Shown: positions 11,317 to 23,112, numbered from the stretch's first letter. The stretch: 58,363 nt of DNA from an uncultured Gemmataceae bacterium (GCA_963750165.1 CAVVPN010000006.1:1-58363), one strand, 5' to 3'. Numbers and translations: made by a program. Notes: a model not told the origin generated them from the sequence alone.

Positions 11317-11550
11317 TCAGTTCCGGCGCGGGTCGTCGCGCGGATGCGTCAGGAGTTGGTCCCCCGGCCGGAGGTCTTCGACCCGTTTCGGGCCATCGGC
11401 GGTTGCCAGCAAGGTGCCAACGGAGACACCCGTTCGCAGGCAGGCCAGCACGTCGGCGGCTCCCTGGTCGGGCTCGTGTGGGCCGAACTCTGAGATGGCT
11501 TCGATTATCACGACTTGGTGCTTCTCCTTGCCGGACACTCGAACAGACAT
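11317..11550 (-). CDS. Mini-Hint ORF (Hint N-terminal segment, Cys1->Gly), shorter paralog of 28223-28579
   Basis: CLRTGVSVGTLLATADGPKRVEDLRPGDQLLT...RRN*. Confidence 0.6.
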   Translation of the reverse strand: MSVRVSGKEKHQVVIIEAISEFGPHEPDQGAADVLACLRTGVSVGTLLATADGPKRVEDLRPGDQLLTHPRDDPRRN

Positions 11551-11572
11551 ATTTAATAACTCTTCTCGTCAC

Positions 11573-12106
11573 TCAAGGTCGCGTAAGATACCAATAAAGG
11601 TACTGTTCGAGATTTGGGAACCTGTTGAACTCATAATTATCATACGACCAAACTTCTGGTTCGCTGATCTCGTCTTTCCAGGCAAGATAAATCAGAACGT
11701 CCGGCACTCCCGGTGTGACACCAAAAAGAGACAACTTATTATCAGAGAACAACATAGGTGCAGAACCTTCGTAGTGCCCACGCAAAGCTGTGTGCCGAAT
11801 TCTGATTGACCGTTTTTTTATCCATTTCATCATATCCTTTGTCCCAAGCCAAAGATACCAACCCGTATCCACAGTGCTTGCATACTCAAATCTAGCCCGC
11901 AACATTTCGGTCGGGCTGTAAGTTGCCTTCGAGGAAAAGGTCGGAATTGTATCAAATGCTTCTGGTGGATTGATCGCAATCTCCAATGGGTCGAAGGGGC
12001 CCTGTTTTGCCATGTAGCTTTCCGCTTCCTCTTTTCTTCGAGGGAAGTCCCTAACAATGTCATCCAACAGTTTCCAAATTCTGCGCTGAGTGTCCAGTTT
12101 TTCCAT
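11573..12106 (-). CDS. Immunity protein for cassette 6 (possibly SUKH-like)
   Basis: AT-rich ORF directly after the tip; C-terminal EPEVWSY...RFPNLEQYL. Confidence 0.7.
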   Translation of the reverse strand: MEKLDTQRRIWKLLDDIVRDFPRRKEEAESYMAKQGPFDPLEIAINPPEAFDTIPTFSSKATYSPTEMLRARFEYASTVDTGWYLWLGTKDMMKWIKKRSIRIRHTALRGHYEGSAPMLFSDNKLSLFGVTPGVPDVLIYLAWKDEISEPEVWSYDNYEFNRFPNLEQYLYWYLTRP

Positions 12107-12148
12107 GTTTAATTACCGCTTTCTGGGAGTCACGAGAAGACGAATTCA

Positions 12149-14370
12149 CTACACCAACCGCACATCATGATATGTCGTCCCCACTGAAATGTGAGGGTAA
12201 ATCGATGAAATGTACGCATTAACAGTTGGATGGAGAGCCATGAATCTTCCGTTTGCGGGAACAGCAGTACCCCCAGCAGCAGCGTCGGGCACATGCCCAA
12301 CGTCTCGATCCTTAACTCGATCAGGGTGTGCTCGTCGGATCCTTCTCCTCCAATTATGAGCATCAGCGTTTTCCACAGATGTTGGTGTCCTTCGTGTCAG
12401 AGAGCCACCGGCATCGGCAATCGCTTTCTTCCACTTCGCCACGTACCTTTGAAGATGGCGGTATTCAACCGTGTTAGATTTGTAAGGGTTTGTAATTTCA
12501 ATGGTTGTTTTGCCATTCTGATCAGTGGCCACATTACATGCGTTGTGCGCCCAGACGGAGAAGCCCCAGTCGTCGCCGCCGACGAAGTAGGTGTGGAAGT
12601 CGGCGACGCGCAGGTTGTAGACCGTCTCGTACGCGCCGGTGTCGTAGACTTCCTCGACGACGGCCCACCGGCCCCCCGTGCGGGTCGAGAGCAGGTCCCC
12701 CGGCTGCAATTCCTGCGCCGCCACCCAGCCCTTGCCCTTAACCCGGAACGGGTGCTCGCCCGTCGTCCGGATCACCCGGCCGGCCACGTGCAGGTGCCAG
12801 ACCCGCCCCAGCGTCGCGAACACCGCCTCAACCTCTTTTACCTCCACCGGCCCGTCCGCGTCCAGTTCATTCCGCGACCACAGCTTGTCCCCGGGGTGGA
12901 AGTCGATGATCGGCTTCCACCCCGCGGGCGTCTCCAACTCCGTCTCGAACGTGAAGCACGAGCGCGTGGCCGAGAAGATGTCCGCGGCGCCCTGCGCGAC
13001 CTGGAGCATGCCGCCGACCAGGTCGCCGTTGGCGATGGCCTGGATGCCCTGCACGCCGCTGCCGACCCCCTGCACCACCGACACGCCGCGCGTCACCCAG
13101 CTCGCCGCGAACTGCGCCACCGAGCCCGCGAACTCCCCGGCCACCTTGCCCACCGCGCACGGCCCCGCCTGGATGAGCAGCATCGCAAACGACTGGCCCG
13201 CCATCCAGCCCGCGTCCGTCCACCGCCCCGCCAGCGCCACGTCCCCCGCCTGCGCCAGCCCCCCGGCCAGCTGGTAGCCGCGCAGCGCGTTGGCCGCCAC
13301 CCCCAGCCAGCCCCCCGGCGTCCACACCGTCAGCGCGATCTGCACCACCTGACCGGCCTGCTGCCCCGCCTGGTACGCCCCCGACTGCGTGTTCAGGAAC
13401 CCGCCCAGGCTCAGGTCGCCCCCCGTCAGCAGCCCGTACCCCGAGCTGTTCAGCAGCCAGCGGCCGAACTGCGTGCGGAACAGCCCCCCCGTCAGCTGGT
13501 CCGCCACCCCCGCCGCCCACTCCACCCCGCGCCGCCAGTAGTCCGTCGTCACGCTCCCGCCCGGCGGCAGGGCGGCGCGCAGCGCCTCCCAGCTCTTCGT
13601 CGCCGCCAGCGCCAGCGGGTCGGCCGCCCGCGCCGCCTGCTCGAAGCGCAGCCAGGCGTCGTCCAGCACGGGCTCGGCTGGCCCGCCCGGCAGCAGCAGC
13701 GCCCACACCCGCCATTGGTTCACCGGCAGCCCCGCGCCGGCGCTCGCCTGCGTCAGCCAGTCCGTCTCGCGCGTCGCCGGGTTGTAGGGGCCGTCCGGGA
13801 CCCGCCACGGCCGGTCCGTCATGGCGAACACCCGCCAGCCCGTGAAGTACGGGAACAGGCCCTCGTACTTGGCCGCCACGCCCGGCGCCAGCGGCGGCGT
13901 CACCAGCCCATCCGGCAGGGGCAGTGCCAACGCCCGCGGCCAGTGCGTCGGGTCGGCCAGGCCGTCCGCCCCGCCCGGCTCGAGGATCTCCGTCCAGCCC
14001 TGCAGCAGGTTCAGCCCGGCGTGGTTCGGCTCCCCCGGGCCGGCCAGCGCCGCCGCCGTGTCGGTCGGCCCGTTGCTGTAGTTCTCGGTGCTGCCGCCCT
14101 GGGTGTAGGTGGCGTAGGACGCGGCACTGGCGGTGCCGGTGGCCCCCGTCCCCGAGACGGTGAGCAGACTGAGCGTCGCCAGGGTGCCCACCCCGCTGCC
14201 GCTGACCGAGTCGTAGCCGGTGTCCAGGCTGCTCTGGTTCAGGTCGTAGGAACTCAGGTCGTAGGCGGGCGCGCTGTTGCCCACGGCGGTGGACGTGCCG
14301 GCGGCGTGCAGGCTGTAGGTGCCGCGCAGGTCGCGGTTGTGCTCGAAGCTGGTGCCGCCGCTGTCGCCCG
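12149..14370 (-). pseudogene. Orphan toxin cassette 6: neck, Hint (allele C), HNH-like nuclease tip (12149-12541)
   Basis: Open frame but 5'-truncated; tip DVGHVPDAAAGG...VN resembles a beta-beta-alpha-metal motif. Confidence 0.85.
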
Positions 14371-14484
14371 CTTGGTGGCCGCCGTGGGAGGGGGTAAGCC
14401 CGCCGTCGAAGGTAAGGTCGCCACTATCCTGGTTGATGTCGGCGCTGTTGATGAATCTGCTGTTGGTGCCAGATCTGAGGCTGA

Positions 14485-14946
14485 TTAATTGCGTAGCAAT
14501 TTACGAACTTCTTCAGTTTCAATGTCTAGCGCAAAGGCTAACGATTCGATGAATCTTTCATCTTCAAGACGGTCCGTCTCAAATTCGGGGTGGCGAATAA
14601 GCCGCCAGATTAGCTGCTCACCCCCAATTTCTCGTAAATCGTCCAACATGGAACTCAGTTCAAAAGTGAACCCACCATATTTTGTGTCGGGATTGACTTT
14701 TTTTCCGACGTATAGAGACATTAAAATTTCAATAGCAGCCTCCAAGTTAAGTTGCGCCAGCGCCCCGAACGCTGTTATAGGAAATATCCGATTGACAATT
14801 AGTCCCTGCAGAAGCTTTTCATCTTCTGGCGTCCCAATTTCTGAGAATAAACTCGCATCAGTACGCCGCCAGGCTTCAAGAAGTTCGTTCTGCGCTTGCA
14901 AAGCCTGTTGCGCTTTTTGTCGAAAATCTTCAAGGTTCTCACTCAT
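14485..14946 (-). CDS. Putative second immunity protein (helical, unassigned)
   Basis: AT-rich ORF with GAGGGA RBS, directly after the SUKH gene. Confidence 0.55.
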   Translation of the reverse strand: MSENLEDFRQKAQQALQAQNELLEAWRRTDASLFSEIGTPEDEKLLQGLIVNRIFPITAFGALAQLNLEAAIEILMSLYVGKKVNPDTKYGGFTFELSSMLDDLREIGGEQLIWRLIRHPEFETDRLEDERFIESLAFALDIETEEVRKLLRN

Positions 14947-14978
14947 ACATCCCTCGGAATTATTGTAGCGGACGGATG

Positions 14979-15419
14979 TCACACCAGTTTCTCAAGAAGT
15001 TCGTCCACGCTAGAAGCAACTTCATAGAGGCTGCTGGGGGCGTCGCCTTGCGGATGCTCATGATCCCAGAAAAAGATCTTCCCTGCGGAGTCACCCGAAG
15101 TGCATGTACATAACATATTGCCGCCCGTGTCGATTGCTATCGGAATGAAGCGGTCAGGGATGTAGTCTTCGGCATTCTGAAAGCTGGCCTCCAGGTCATA
15201 GTACCCGCCTTGACCGATGCCCAAAAAATGGTTGACGCAGGTGGACTGACCAGACCATCCGGGGATGAACAGGCGGTCGGGAGTCGGCTCTCCACCGTTG
15301 GTCTTCAAGAGAAACGCTTTGTACGAATCGGGAAGCGATATGCCATTTCGTTGCTCAAACTGTTCGATCTCCTTCCTCGAAACTGGAGGAGCCTGTTTGG
15401 TGATCTTGGCAGCCGTCAT
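14979..15419 (-). CDS. SMI1/KNR4 (SUKH) immunity protein
   Basis: EIEQFEQRNGISLPDSYKAFLLKTNGG, IPIAIDTGGNMLC, GKIFFWDHE, VASSVDELL. Confidence 0.92.
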   Translation of the reverse strand: MTAAKITKQAPPVSRKEIEQFEQRNGISLPDSYKAFLLKTNGGEPTPDRLFIPGWSGQSTCVNHFLGIGQGGYYDLEASFQNAEDYIPDRFIPIAIDTGGNMLCTCTSGDSAGKIFFWDHEHPQGDAPSSLYEVASSVDELLEKLV

Positions 15420-15442
15420 TGACGCTCTCCCTATGCTCCTTA

Positions 15443-15556
15443 GAGGCTGTTCCAAATGCAAACGTTTGTTCAGTATGACTTATTACTGACAGTGTCGAAA
15501 ACAGCGCGTTTTTTAGCTACTAACACGGTAGCTATTTAGCCTTTTGGAACAGCCTC
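15443..15556. mobile_element. 114-bp MITE with IS5-family-like ends
   Basis: Perfect 14-bp TIR GAGGCTGTTCCAAA...TTTGGAACAGCCTC; TTA duplication at 15440-15442 and 15557-15559; no ORF. Confidence 0.85.
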
Positions 15557-15563
15557 TTAGTTG

Positions 15564-17812
15564 TTACAGCCCAGAAACGCCACCCGCGTGGGGGAAGCCT
15601 CCGAGGGCGACATTGTGGATGCTTGAGGGGACAAGCAGCATGTGGACACCATCCTCATGATGATGCCAAGTCGTGCCTTCGATTGGTGCTTTCGCTCCCG
15701 CTTCCGGCATGCCAACCGCTTTGTTTGCTGCGATGAAATCTTTGTAGCGGTCGGGCTGCTGCTTGCCGATTTTCACCTTCGCCAGAGCATGAGGACCGAA
15801 GTCGGGGTGGCCCTGCGAGTTATATGTGACAGTTACGCCATCCTTCCTGATGTAGGTGGTGTACCCCGGAGCGCCGTCGTTTTCGATGACGAGGCCGCCC
15901 TTCTTTTCCCATTTCTTCTTGTTGGGCATGTAGTCGCGGGCATCACCATATTCGTTATGCGCCCAGACGCTGAAACCCCAGTCGTTGCCGCCGACGAAGT
16001 AGGTATGATAATCGGCGACGCGCAGGTTGTAGACCGTCTCGTACTCGCCGGTGTCGTAGACTTCTTCTACGACCGCCCACTGGCCCCCCGTGCGGGTCGA
16101 GAGCAGGTCCCCCGGTTGCAACTCGTGCACGGGCCGCCAGCCCTTGCCCTGAACCCGGAACGGGTGCTCGCCCGTCGTCCGGATCACCCGGCCGGCCACG
16201 TGCAGGTGCCAGACCCGCCCCAGCGTCGCGAACACCGCCTCAACTTCTTTTACTTCCACCGGCCCGTCCGCGTCCAGTTCATTCCGCGACCACAGCTTGT
16301 CCCCGGGGTGGAAGTCGATGATCGGCTTTAACCCCGCGGGCGTCTCCAACTCCGTCTCGAAGGTGAAGCACGAGCGCGTGGCCGAGAAGATGTCGGCGGC
16401 GCCCTGCGCGACCTGGAGCATGCCCCCGACCAGGTCGCCGTTGGCAATCGCCTGGATGCCCTGGACGCCGCTGCCGACCCCCTGCACCACCGAGATGCCG
16501 CGCGTCACCCAGACCGCCGCGAACTCCGCCACCGAGCCCGCGAACTCCCCGGCCGCCTTCGAGGCCGTCCAGCCCTTGGCCGCCGCGCCCACCACGCACG
16601 GACCCGCCTGAATCGCAAACATCGCGAGCGACTGGCCCGCCATCCAGCCCGCGTCCGTCCACCGCCCCGCCAGCGCCGCGTCCCCCGCCTGCGCCAGCCC
16701 CCCGGCCAGCTGGTAGCCGCGCAGGGCGTTGGCCGCCACCCCCAGCCAGCCCCCCGGCGTCCACACCGTCAGCGCGATCTGCACCACCTGACCGGCCTGC
16801 TGCCCCGCCTGGTACGAGCCCGACTGCGTGTTGATGAACCCGCCCAGGCTCAGGTCGCCCCCCGTCAGCAGCCCGTACCCCGAGCTGTTCAGCAGCCAGC
16901 GGCCGAACTGCGTGCGGAACAGCCCCCCCGTCAGCTGGTCCGCCACCCCCGCCGCCCACTCCACCCCGCGCCGCCAGTAGTCCGTCGTCACGCTCCCGCC
17001 CGGCGGCAGGGCGGCGCGCAGCGCCTCCCAACTCTTGGTCGCCGTCAGCGCCAGCGGGTCGGCCGCCCGCGCCGCCTGCTCGAAGCGCAGCCAGGCGTCG
17101 TCCAGCACGGGCTCGGCCGGCCCGCCCGGCAGCAGCAGCGCCCACACCCGCCACTGGTTCACCGGCAGCCCCGCCCCGGCGCTCGCCTGCGTCAGCCAGT
17201 CCGTCTCGCGCGTCGCCGGGTTGTAGGGGCCGTCCGGGACCCGCCACGGCCGGTCCGTCATGGCGAACACCCGCCAGCCGGTGAAGTACGGGAACAGGCC
17301 CTCGTACTTGGCCGCCACGCCCGGCGCCAGCGGCGGCGGCACCAGCCCATCCGGCAGCGCCAGCGCCAGCGCCCGCGGCCAGCGCGTCGGGTCGGCCAGG
17401 CCGTCCGCCCCGCCCGGCTCGAGGATCTCCGTCCAGCCCTGCAGCAGGCTCAGCCCGGCGTGGTTCGGCTCCCCCGGGCCGGCCAGCGCCGCCGCCGTGT
17501 CGGTCGGGCCGTTGCTGTAGTTCTCGGTGCTGCCGCCCTGGGTGTAGGTGGCGTAGGACGCGGCACTGGCGGTGCCGGTGGCCCCCGTCCCCGAGACGGT
17601 GAGCAGACTGAGCGTCGCCAGGGTGCCCACCCCGCTGCCGCTGACCGAGTCGTAGCCGGTGTCCAGGCTGCTCTGGGTGAGCAGGTAGCTGCCCAGGTTC
17701 TCGTCGGGCGCGTTGTTGCTGTGAGCGGTGGACGTGCCGACGGCGTGCAGATTGAAGGTGCCGAGCAGGTCGCGGTTGTGCTCGAAGCTGGTGCCGCCGC
17801 TGTCGCCCGTCT
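15564..17812 (-). pseudogene. Orphan toxin cassette 5: neck, Hint (allele C), WHH-family HNH nuclease tip (15564-15953)
   Basis: Tip GHPDF...DFIAANKA...TWHHHEDG..MLLVP..IH...HAGG; paired with a SUKH gene. Confidence 0.9.
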
Positions 17813-17896
17813 TGATTGTCGCGGGCCAAGCAGAGGTATATTTTATTCCTAACTCATTTCACCATCATACTTTGCCAGAAGCGTCCCCAATTATCC

Positions 17897-18135
17897 TCAC
17901 GGCGGGTGGAAAATCCGGCGGCGCCAGTTGCGCTCCCACCAGCGAAGCTCGCCATCGCCCTGGCCGTCGTCGGCGTGCGGCTTGTGGTTGCCCTGGTGGT
18001 CGCCGGGCTGCCCCTGGATCATGTCGCCCGGCTTGATGTCCTCGATGCGCTTGTAGCCGTCCGCCGTCAGGAGCGGCGTCCCGGCGGCGAAGCCGAGAAT
18101 GGGCCTGGGGTCAGCTGGTTGGGTTCTGGTGTTAT
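17897..18135 (-). pseudogene. Mini-Hint reading frame (Cys1->Gly), no intact start; not in the ORF track
   Basis: Manual translation: PRPILGFAAGTPLLTADGYKRIEDIKPGDMIQG...RWWERN...; AAGGAG upstream at about 18144-18149. Confidence 0.65.
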
Positions 18136-18154
18136 TGGCTTCACTCCTTGGAGG

Positions 18155-18553
18155 TCATGCCCACTCTTTTTTGGTCAGGGCTTGAACTAGGTCCCTCTTG
18201 AAACGCTCGGCATCGAAGTCGGAAATCTTCAACTCCCCGGACAGGTCAAGGGACCGCAGGATCGCCGCCGCAAGGAGCTTCCGTTGGGTGAGTGCATCGC
18301 CTTCCTTGAAGGCTTGATGGTCCACCTTCAGCCGGAACTCTACTACTCCGGTGCGCTTCTTGTAGCGCCGAACTTCCGGGTAGGCTGGATCGTCTTCGTC
18401 CATGATGATGTAGATGAGCGCCCATTCGGTCACGCCAGCACCATAGTCCTCGGAAGCGACCGAGGCGTTCAACGCCTGCTCCACATCCTTTCGGGCGAAG
18501 CGATACGGTTCAGCTATGTCGCTCATTACCTCGCCTGAAGTCCACACCCGCAT
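18155..18553 (-). CDS. Immunity protein, Imm44/Imm12-like
   Basis: DYGAGV..W.LI.II...YPEVRRYKK...EFRLKVDH..F; GGAG RBS; follows the URI2-type tip. Confidence 0.75.
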   Translation of the reverse strand: MRVWTSGEVMSDIAEPYRFARKDVEQALNASVASEDYGAGVTEWALIYIIMDEDDPAYPEVRRYKKRTGVVEFRLKVDHQAFKEGDALTQRKLLAAAILRSLDLSGELKISDFDAERFKRDLVQALTKKEWA

Positions 18554-18561
18554 AGTGTCTC

Positions 18562-21500
18562 CTAATAGTTGCTCCTGTTCAGTTGCGGGCGCTGCCCGAA
18601 CTGATCGACGTGATCCAAGATCATCCGGTTCTGCCAGGCGTGCATCGCCCGCTTCGTGCCCACTTTCTCGAAGACCATATCGGCGTTGATCGAATCCAGG
18701 TATTTCTTGGAATACCGGGTCGTGCCGGGCTTGGTCGTTTCGCCGTACTTGAGGATTTCCCCGGTGTCACGATCCCGCAGCGTGTAGCCCCGTGCCTTGG
18801 CGTTGGTGTTCAGGCTGTTGCCGTGGAGCAGGCTTTCATCCACATAGCCCTGCTTCACCGCATGTTCCTTGATGGCACGCTGCTGCTTGGGCGTGAGTTC
18901 TCCCCAATCCGTGGCCCGGCCCTTCTTGACATCCTTGGCGTACTTATTGGCGAAGCCGTCCTTCTCCTTGGCCGACATCCGCTCTGCATATTCATTGTGT
19001 GCCCAGACGGAGAAATCCCACCCATCGTCGCCGACGAAGTAGGTGTGGAAGTCGGCCACGCGCAGGTTGTACACCTGCTGGTACAGGCCGCTTGGCGCCA
19101 CCCCCTCCACCGCCGTCGTCGCGCCGACCGTCTTCCCCAGGATACCGTCACCAATAGCCAACTCGCCCGCCGCCGTCCAGCCCCGACCCGCCACCCCGAA
19201 CGAGTGCTCCGCCGTCGTCTCGATGATGCGCCCGCCCACGTGCAGGTTCGTCACCAACGCCCAGGTCACGAACACCGCCTCGACCCGCTTCCACACCAGC
19301 GGACCTTCCGGGTCGTTCTCGTCCCGCGACAGCACTTCGTCGCCCACCCGCAGCCGGTCCAGCCGCCGCCAGCCCTCGCCCCAGTCCCCCCGCGCGTACA
19401 CCTTGGTCCGGCCCGTGAAGCACGAGCGCGTGGCCGAGAAGAGGTCCGCGGCGCCTTGCGCGACCTGCAGCATGCCCCCGACCAGGTCGCCGTTGGCGAT
19501 GGCCTGGATGCCCTGCACGCCGCTGCCGACCCCCTGCACCACCGAGATGCCGCGCGTCACCCAGACCGCCGCGAACTCCGCCACCGAGCCCGCGAACTCC
19601 CCGGCCGCCTTCGAGGCCGTCCAGCCCTTGGCCGCCGCGCCCACCACGCACGGACCCGCCTGAATCGCAAACATCGCGAGCGACTGGCCCGCCATCCAGC
19701 CCGCGTCCGTCCACCGCCCCTGCAGCGCCACGTCCCCCGCCTGCGCCAGCCCCCCGGCCAGCTGGTAGCCGCGCAGCGCGTTGGCCGCCACCCCCAGCCA
19801 GCCCCCCGGCGTCCACACCGTCAGCGCGATCTGCACCACCTGACCGGCCTGCTGCCCCGCCTGGTACGCCCCCGACTGCGTGTTCAGGAACCCGCCCAGG
19901 CTCAGGTCGCCCCCCGTCAGCAGCCCGTACCCCGAGCTGTTCAGCAGCCAGCGGCCGAACTGCGTGCGGAACAGCCCCCCCGTCAGCTGGTCCGCCACCC
20001 CCGCCGCCCACTCCACCCCGCGCCGCCAGTAGTCCGTCGTCACGCTCCCGCCCGGCGGCAGGGCGGCGCGCAGCGCCTCCCAACTCTTCGTCGCCGCCAG
20101 CGCCAGCGGGTCGGCCGCCCGCGCCGCCTGCTCGAAGCGCTGCCAGGCGTCGTCCAGCACGGGTTCGGCCGGCCCGCCCGGCAGCAGCAGCGCCCACACC
20201 CGCCACTGGTTCACCGGCAGCCCCGCCCCGGCGCTGGTCTGCGCCAGCCAGTCCGCCTCACGCGTCGCCGGGTTGTAGGGGCCGTCCGCCACCCGCCACG
20301 GCCGGTCCGTCATGGCGAACACCCGCCAGCCGGTGAAGTACGGGAACAGGCCCTCGTACTTGGCCGCCGCGGTCGGCGCCCCAGGCGGCACCACCAGCCC
20401 ATCCGGCAGGGGCAGCGCCAGCGCCCGCGGCCAGCGCGTCGGGTCGGCCATCCCGTCTGCCCCGCCCGGCTCGAGGATCTCCGTCCAGCCCTGCAGCAGG
20501 CTCAGCCCGGCGTGGTTCGGCTCCCCCGGGCCGGCCAGCGCCGCCGCCGTGTCGGTCGGCCCGTTGCTGTAGTTCTCGGTGCTGCCGCCCTGGGTGTAGG
20601 TGGCGTAAGACGCGGCACTGGCGGTGCCGGTGGCCCCCGTCCCCGAGACGGTGAGCAGACTGAGCGTCGCCAGGGTGCCCACCCCGCTGCCGCTGACCGA
20701 GTCGTAGCCGGTGTCCAGGCTGCTCTGGTTCAGGTCGTAGGAACTCAGGTCGTAGGCGGGCGCGCTGTTGCTCACGGCGGTGGACGTGCCGGCCGCGTGC
20801 AGGCTGTAGGTGCCGCGCAGGTCGCGGTTGTGCTCGAAGTTGGTGCCGCCGCTGTCGCCCGTCTCGGCCGAGCTGAACGAGCCGGTGGCGGCGTCGTCTT
20901 GCGTGAAGCCGATGGTCGTGGTGCCGCTGGCGCCGGTGTTGGTGACATTCAGCGCCAGGGTGAAGCCGCTGTCACCGCCGCCGGTGGCCGAGAAGCTGTC
21001 CGTGCCCGACTGGCCGCTGTAGGACCACGACTCGTAGGTCCCCTTGGCGGCGCTGTAGCTGTTGCCCCCGGTCTGGTCGTCCGTCCAGCGGGCGCCGGCG
21101 AAGTACTGGAACGAGGTCACCGACACGGTGTCCGTGGCCCACTGCTCGTCGCTGGAGGAGTAGCTGCCCAGGTTGGTGTCGCGGAAGCCGCTGCCCGTGG
21201 TCGTCAGCGTGTTGCGGCCGGCCAAATCGATGGACAACTCGTCGCCGCTGGTGACCTTCAGCGCGTAGCTGGACAGGCCGTAAGGCCAGCCGCTGCCGCC
21301 GGCCGCGCCCTCGACGTGCAGGGTGGCCAGGGACCAGCGGTCGTCCTGGGCGGTGCCGGCCTGCCAGGAGTCGTCCTGGGTGGTGGCGGTGGCGTTGAAC
21401 GGCGCGTTCTGGCCCAGCGCGAAGGTGCCGGTGACCGTGCCGTTGGCCGACACCGTCTCCCGGCTGGTGTACGTCACGCCCTGCGTGGCACTGGCGACGC

Positions 21501-22379
21501 CGTCGAGCAGGAAACAGGACAGGCCCGAGTCGTCATACTCGCGGTGGCTCTCGTAGTCGCCGTTGCTCAGGGCCAGCAGACTGAAAGTGGTGGTGGCGTT
21601 ATCCTCGCTGATCAGGTTCTGCACCCCCCTGGGGTGCGCGGACGACCGCAGGGACGTTTGGGTCTGGATGCTGTGGGTGACGCGGTCGTCGGTCAGGGTG
21701 AGCTGGCTCTCCCCCTCGGCGTCGAAGACGACCGAGTCCAACACCCAGCCACCCTGATCGAGGCTGTAGCTGCCGGCCTGGTGCTGGTTGAACTCGTCGT
21801 CAGACGACTGCTGGAGCACCTGGGTCTGGCTGCCGTCCTGCGTGCCGGTGACCAGCGAGGTCGAGAGCGAGGTGTCGGTCATCGAGAAGCCGGACTCGTC
21901 GGTCTGGGTCGTGGTGAGCACCGACGAGGACAGCGCCGCGTCGCGCCAGTCGAAGGTCATGCTGTCCAGCGCGTACGAGCCGCCGGCGAACGAGCCCGAC
22001 TGGGACAGCGCGTAGCTGCCGGTGCTGACCGTCGTGGCCCGGGAGTTGCCGGCCCGGTCGGTCTCGTAATCCTGGAAGCCGTTGTGGCTGAAGCTGCCGG
22101 CGGCGCCGCCCGAGTCGGTGTCGGCCAGCGCGGTGCTGTAGCCGCTGGTGCTGCACTGCTCGCTGCCCTCGTAGTGGATGCACTCCACCGAGGTCAGGGT
22201 GGTCGTGGTGGTGCCGACGCGGGTGGTCGTGTAGACGACGCTGCCGTAGGCGTAGCTGCCGGCGGCGTAGACGCCCTGCTGGGCCTGGCTGGAGTACACG
22301 GCGTAGGAGGCGTTCGCGGTCTGGAGCGTGCTGACGGTGGTGTTGCTGACGGCGGCGCGGCTGCGGCGGTCGTAGTCCA
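18562..22379 (-). pseudogene. Orphan toxin cassette 4 (longest): stalk end, neck, Hint (allele B), Tox-URI2 nuclease tip (18562-18993)
   Basis: Uninterrupted 1272-aa frame without a true N-terminus; tip HGNS...GYTL...LKYGET...RY...P.LN. Confidence 0.88.
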
Positions 22380-22462
22380 ATGGCCCAAGGCGGTGACGAT
22401 CTCGGCGGCCCAGTCGCCGTCACGGGGCGAAGGTGAGTCGCTAGTGTCGCGAGGCCGTTTGA

Positions 22463-23086
22463 CTACTTGCCTTTCAAAAAAAGCCACTCCTTCTGGGGGG
22501 GCAGTAATGTTGCATTGGCGACAATTTTCGAGTCTAGCGCCGGGAATGAATCATCGAGAGGAATTCTCAACAACTCGCTCCGCTTATCGATCAAGGACTC
22601 CTCAGTCTTCACGTGCTCGAAAACACTTCTTGAAAAATGATAGAAGTTGATCGCGCTTTTCTCTCCATAGCCCTCGGGGATCAGCGGGTCAGACGGATTG
22701 ATGCCCTGTTTGTAGGCCACATATGTCGAGTAGACAATTGACGCGTAATCAACGGCCGAAAGATAATATTTCAATTCTTCTTGCTCTGCGAGTAATAGCA
22801 ACATTTCGCCCGGAACAAGCAAATCAGAATCATAGCCTTCATCTTCAGCCAGTTCTTCGCGGTTCTCAATCCGAATGGCCAAACGTTGAATAGCCGATCG
22901 ACTAACCGATTTGCCAGTTGCAATTTCCCAGGTGGTATCAATAGCTTTTTGTTGATAATATTTCTTCTGGAAATGAGGCGAATAATAGCTCAGTGCCTTC
23001 TCACAAGAGATTGCAGCCCAAGCCATACGTTGGGGCCGAGAGACCGTGGCTAATTCAGCCTCTGTGACGTATTGCGGAGATTTCAT
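22463..23086 (-). CDS. Immunity protein for the deaminase tip (DUF416/Imm5-like helical N-terminus)
   Basis: AT-rich; QRMAWAAISCEKALSYY...AIDTTWE. Confidence 0.7.
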   Translation of the reverse strand: MKSPQYVTEAELATVSRPQRMAWAAISCEKALSYYSPHFQKKYYQQKAIDTTWEIATGKSVSRSAIQRLAIRIENREELAEDEGYDSDLLVPGEMLLLLAEQEELKYYLSAVDYASIVYSTYVAYKQGINPSDPLIPEGYGEKSAINFYHFSRSVFEHVKTEESLIDKRSELLRIPLDDSFPALDSKIVANATLLPPQKEWLFLKGK

Positions 23087-23112
23087 TGCCCTAACCTAAA
23101 GCAGGGTGGTCT

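Noticed and set aside
14371..14475. Possible highly decayed neck relic here (NQDSGDLTF), and another at 22380-22440 (RDGDWAA)
   Set aside because: Similarity too short and weak to support without an alignment
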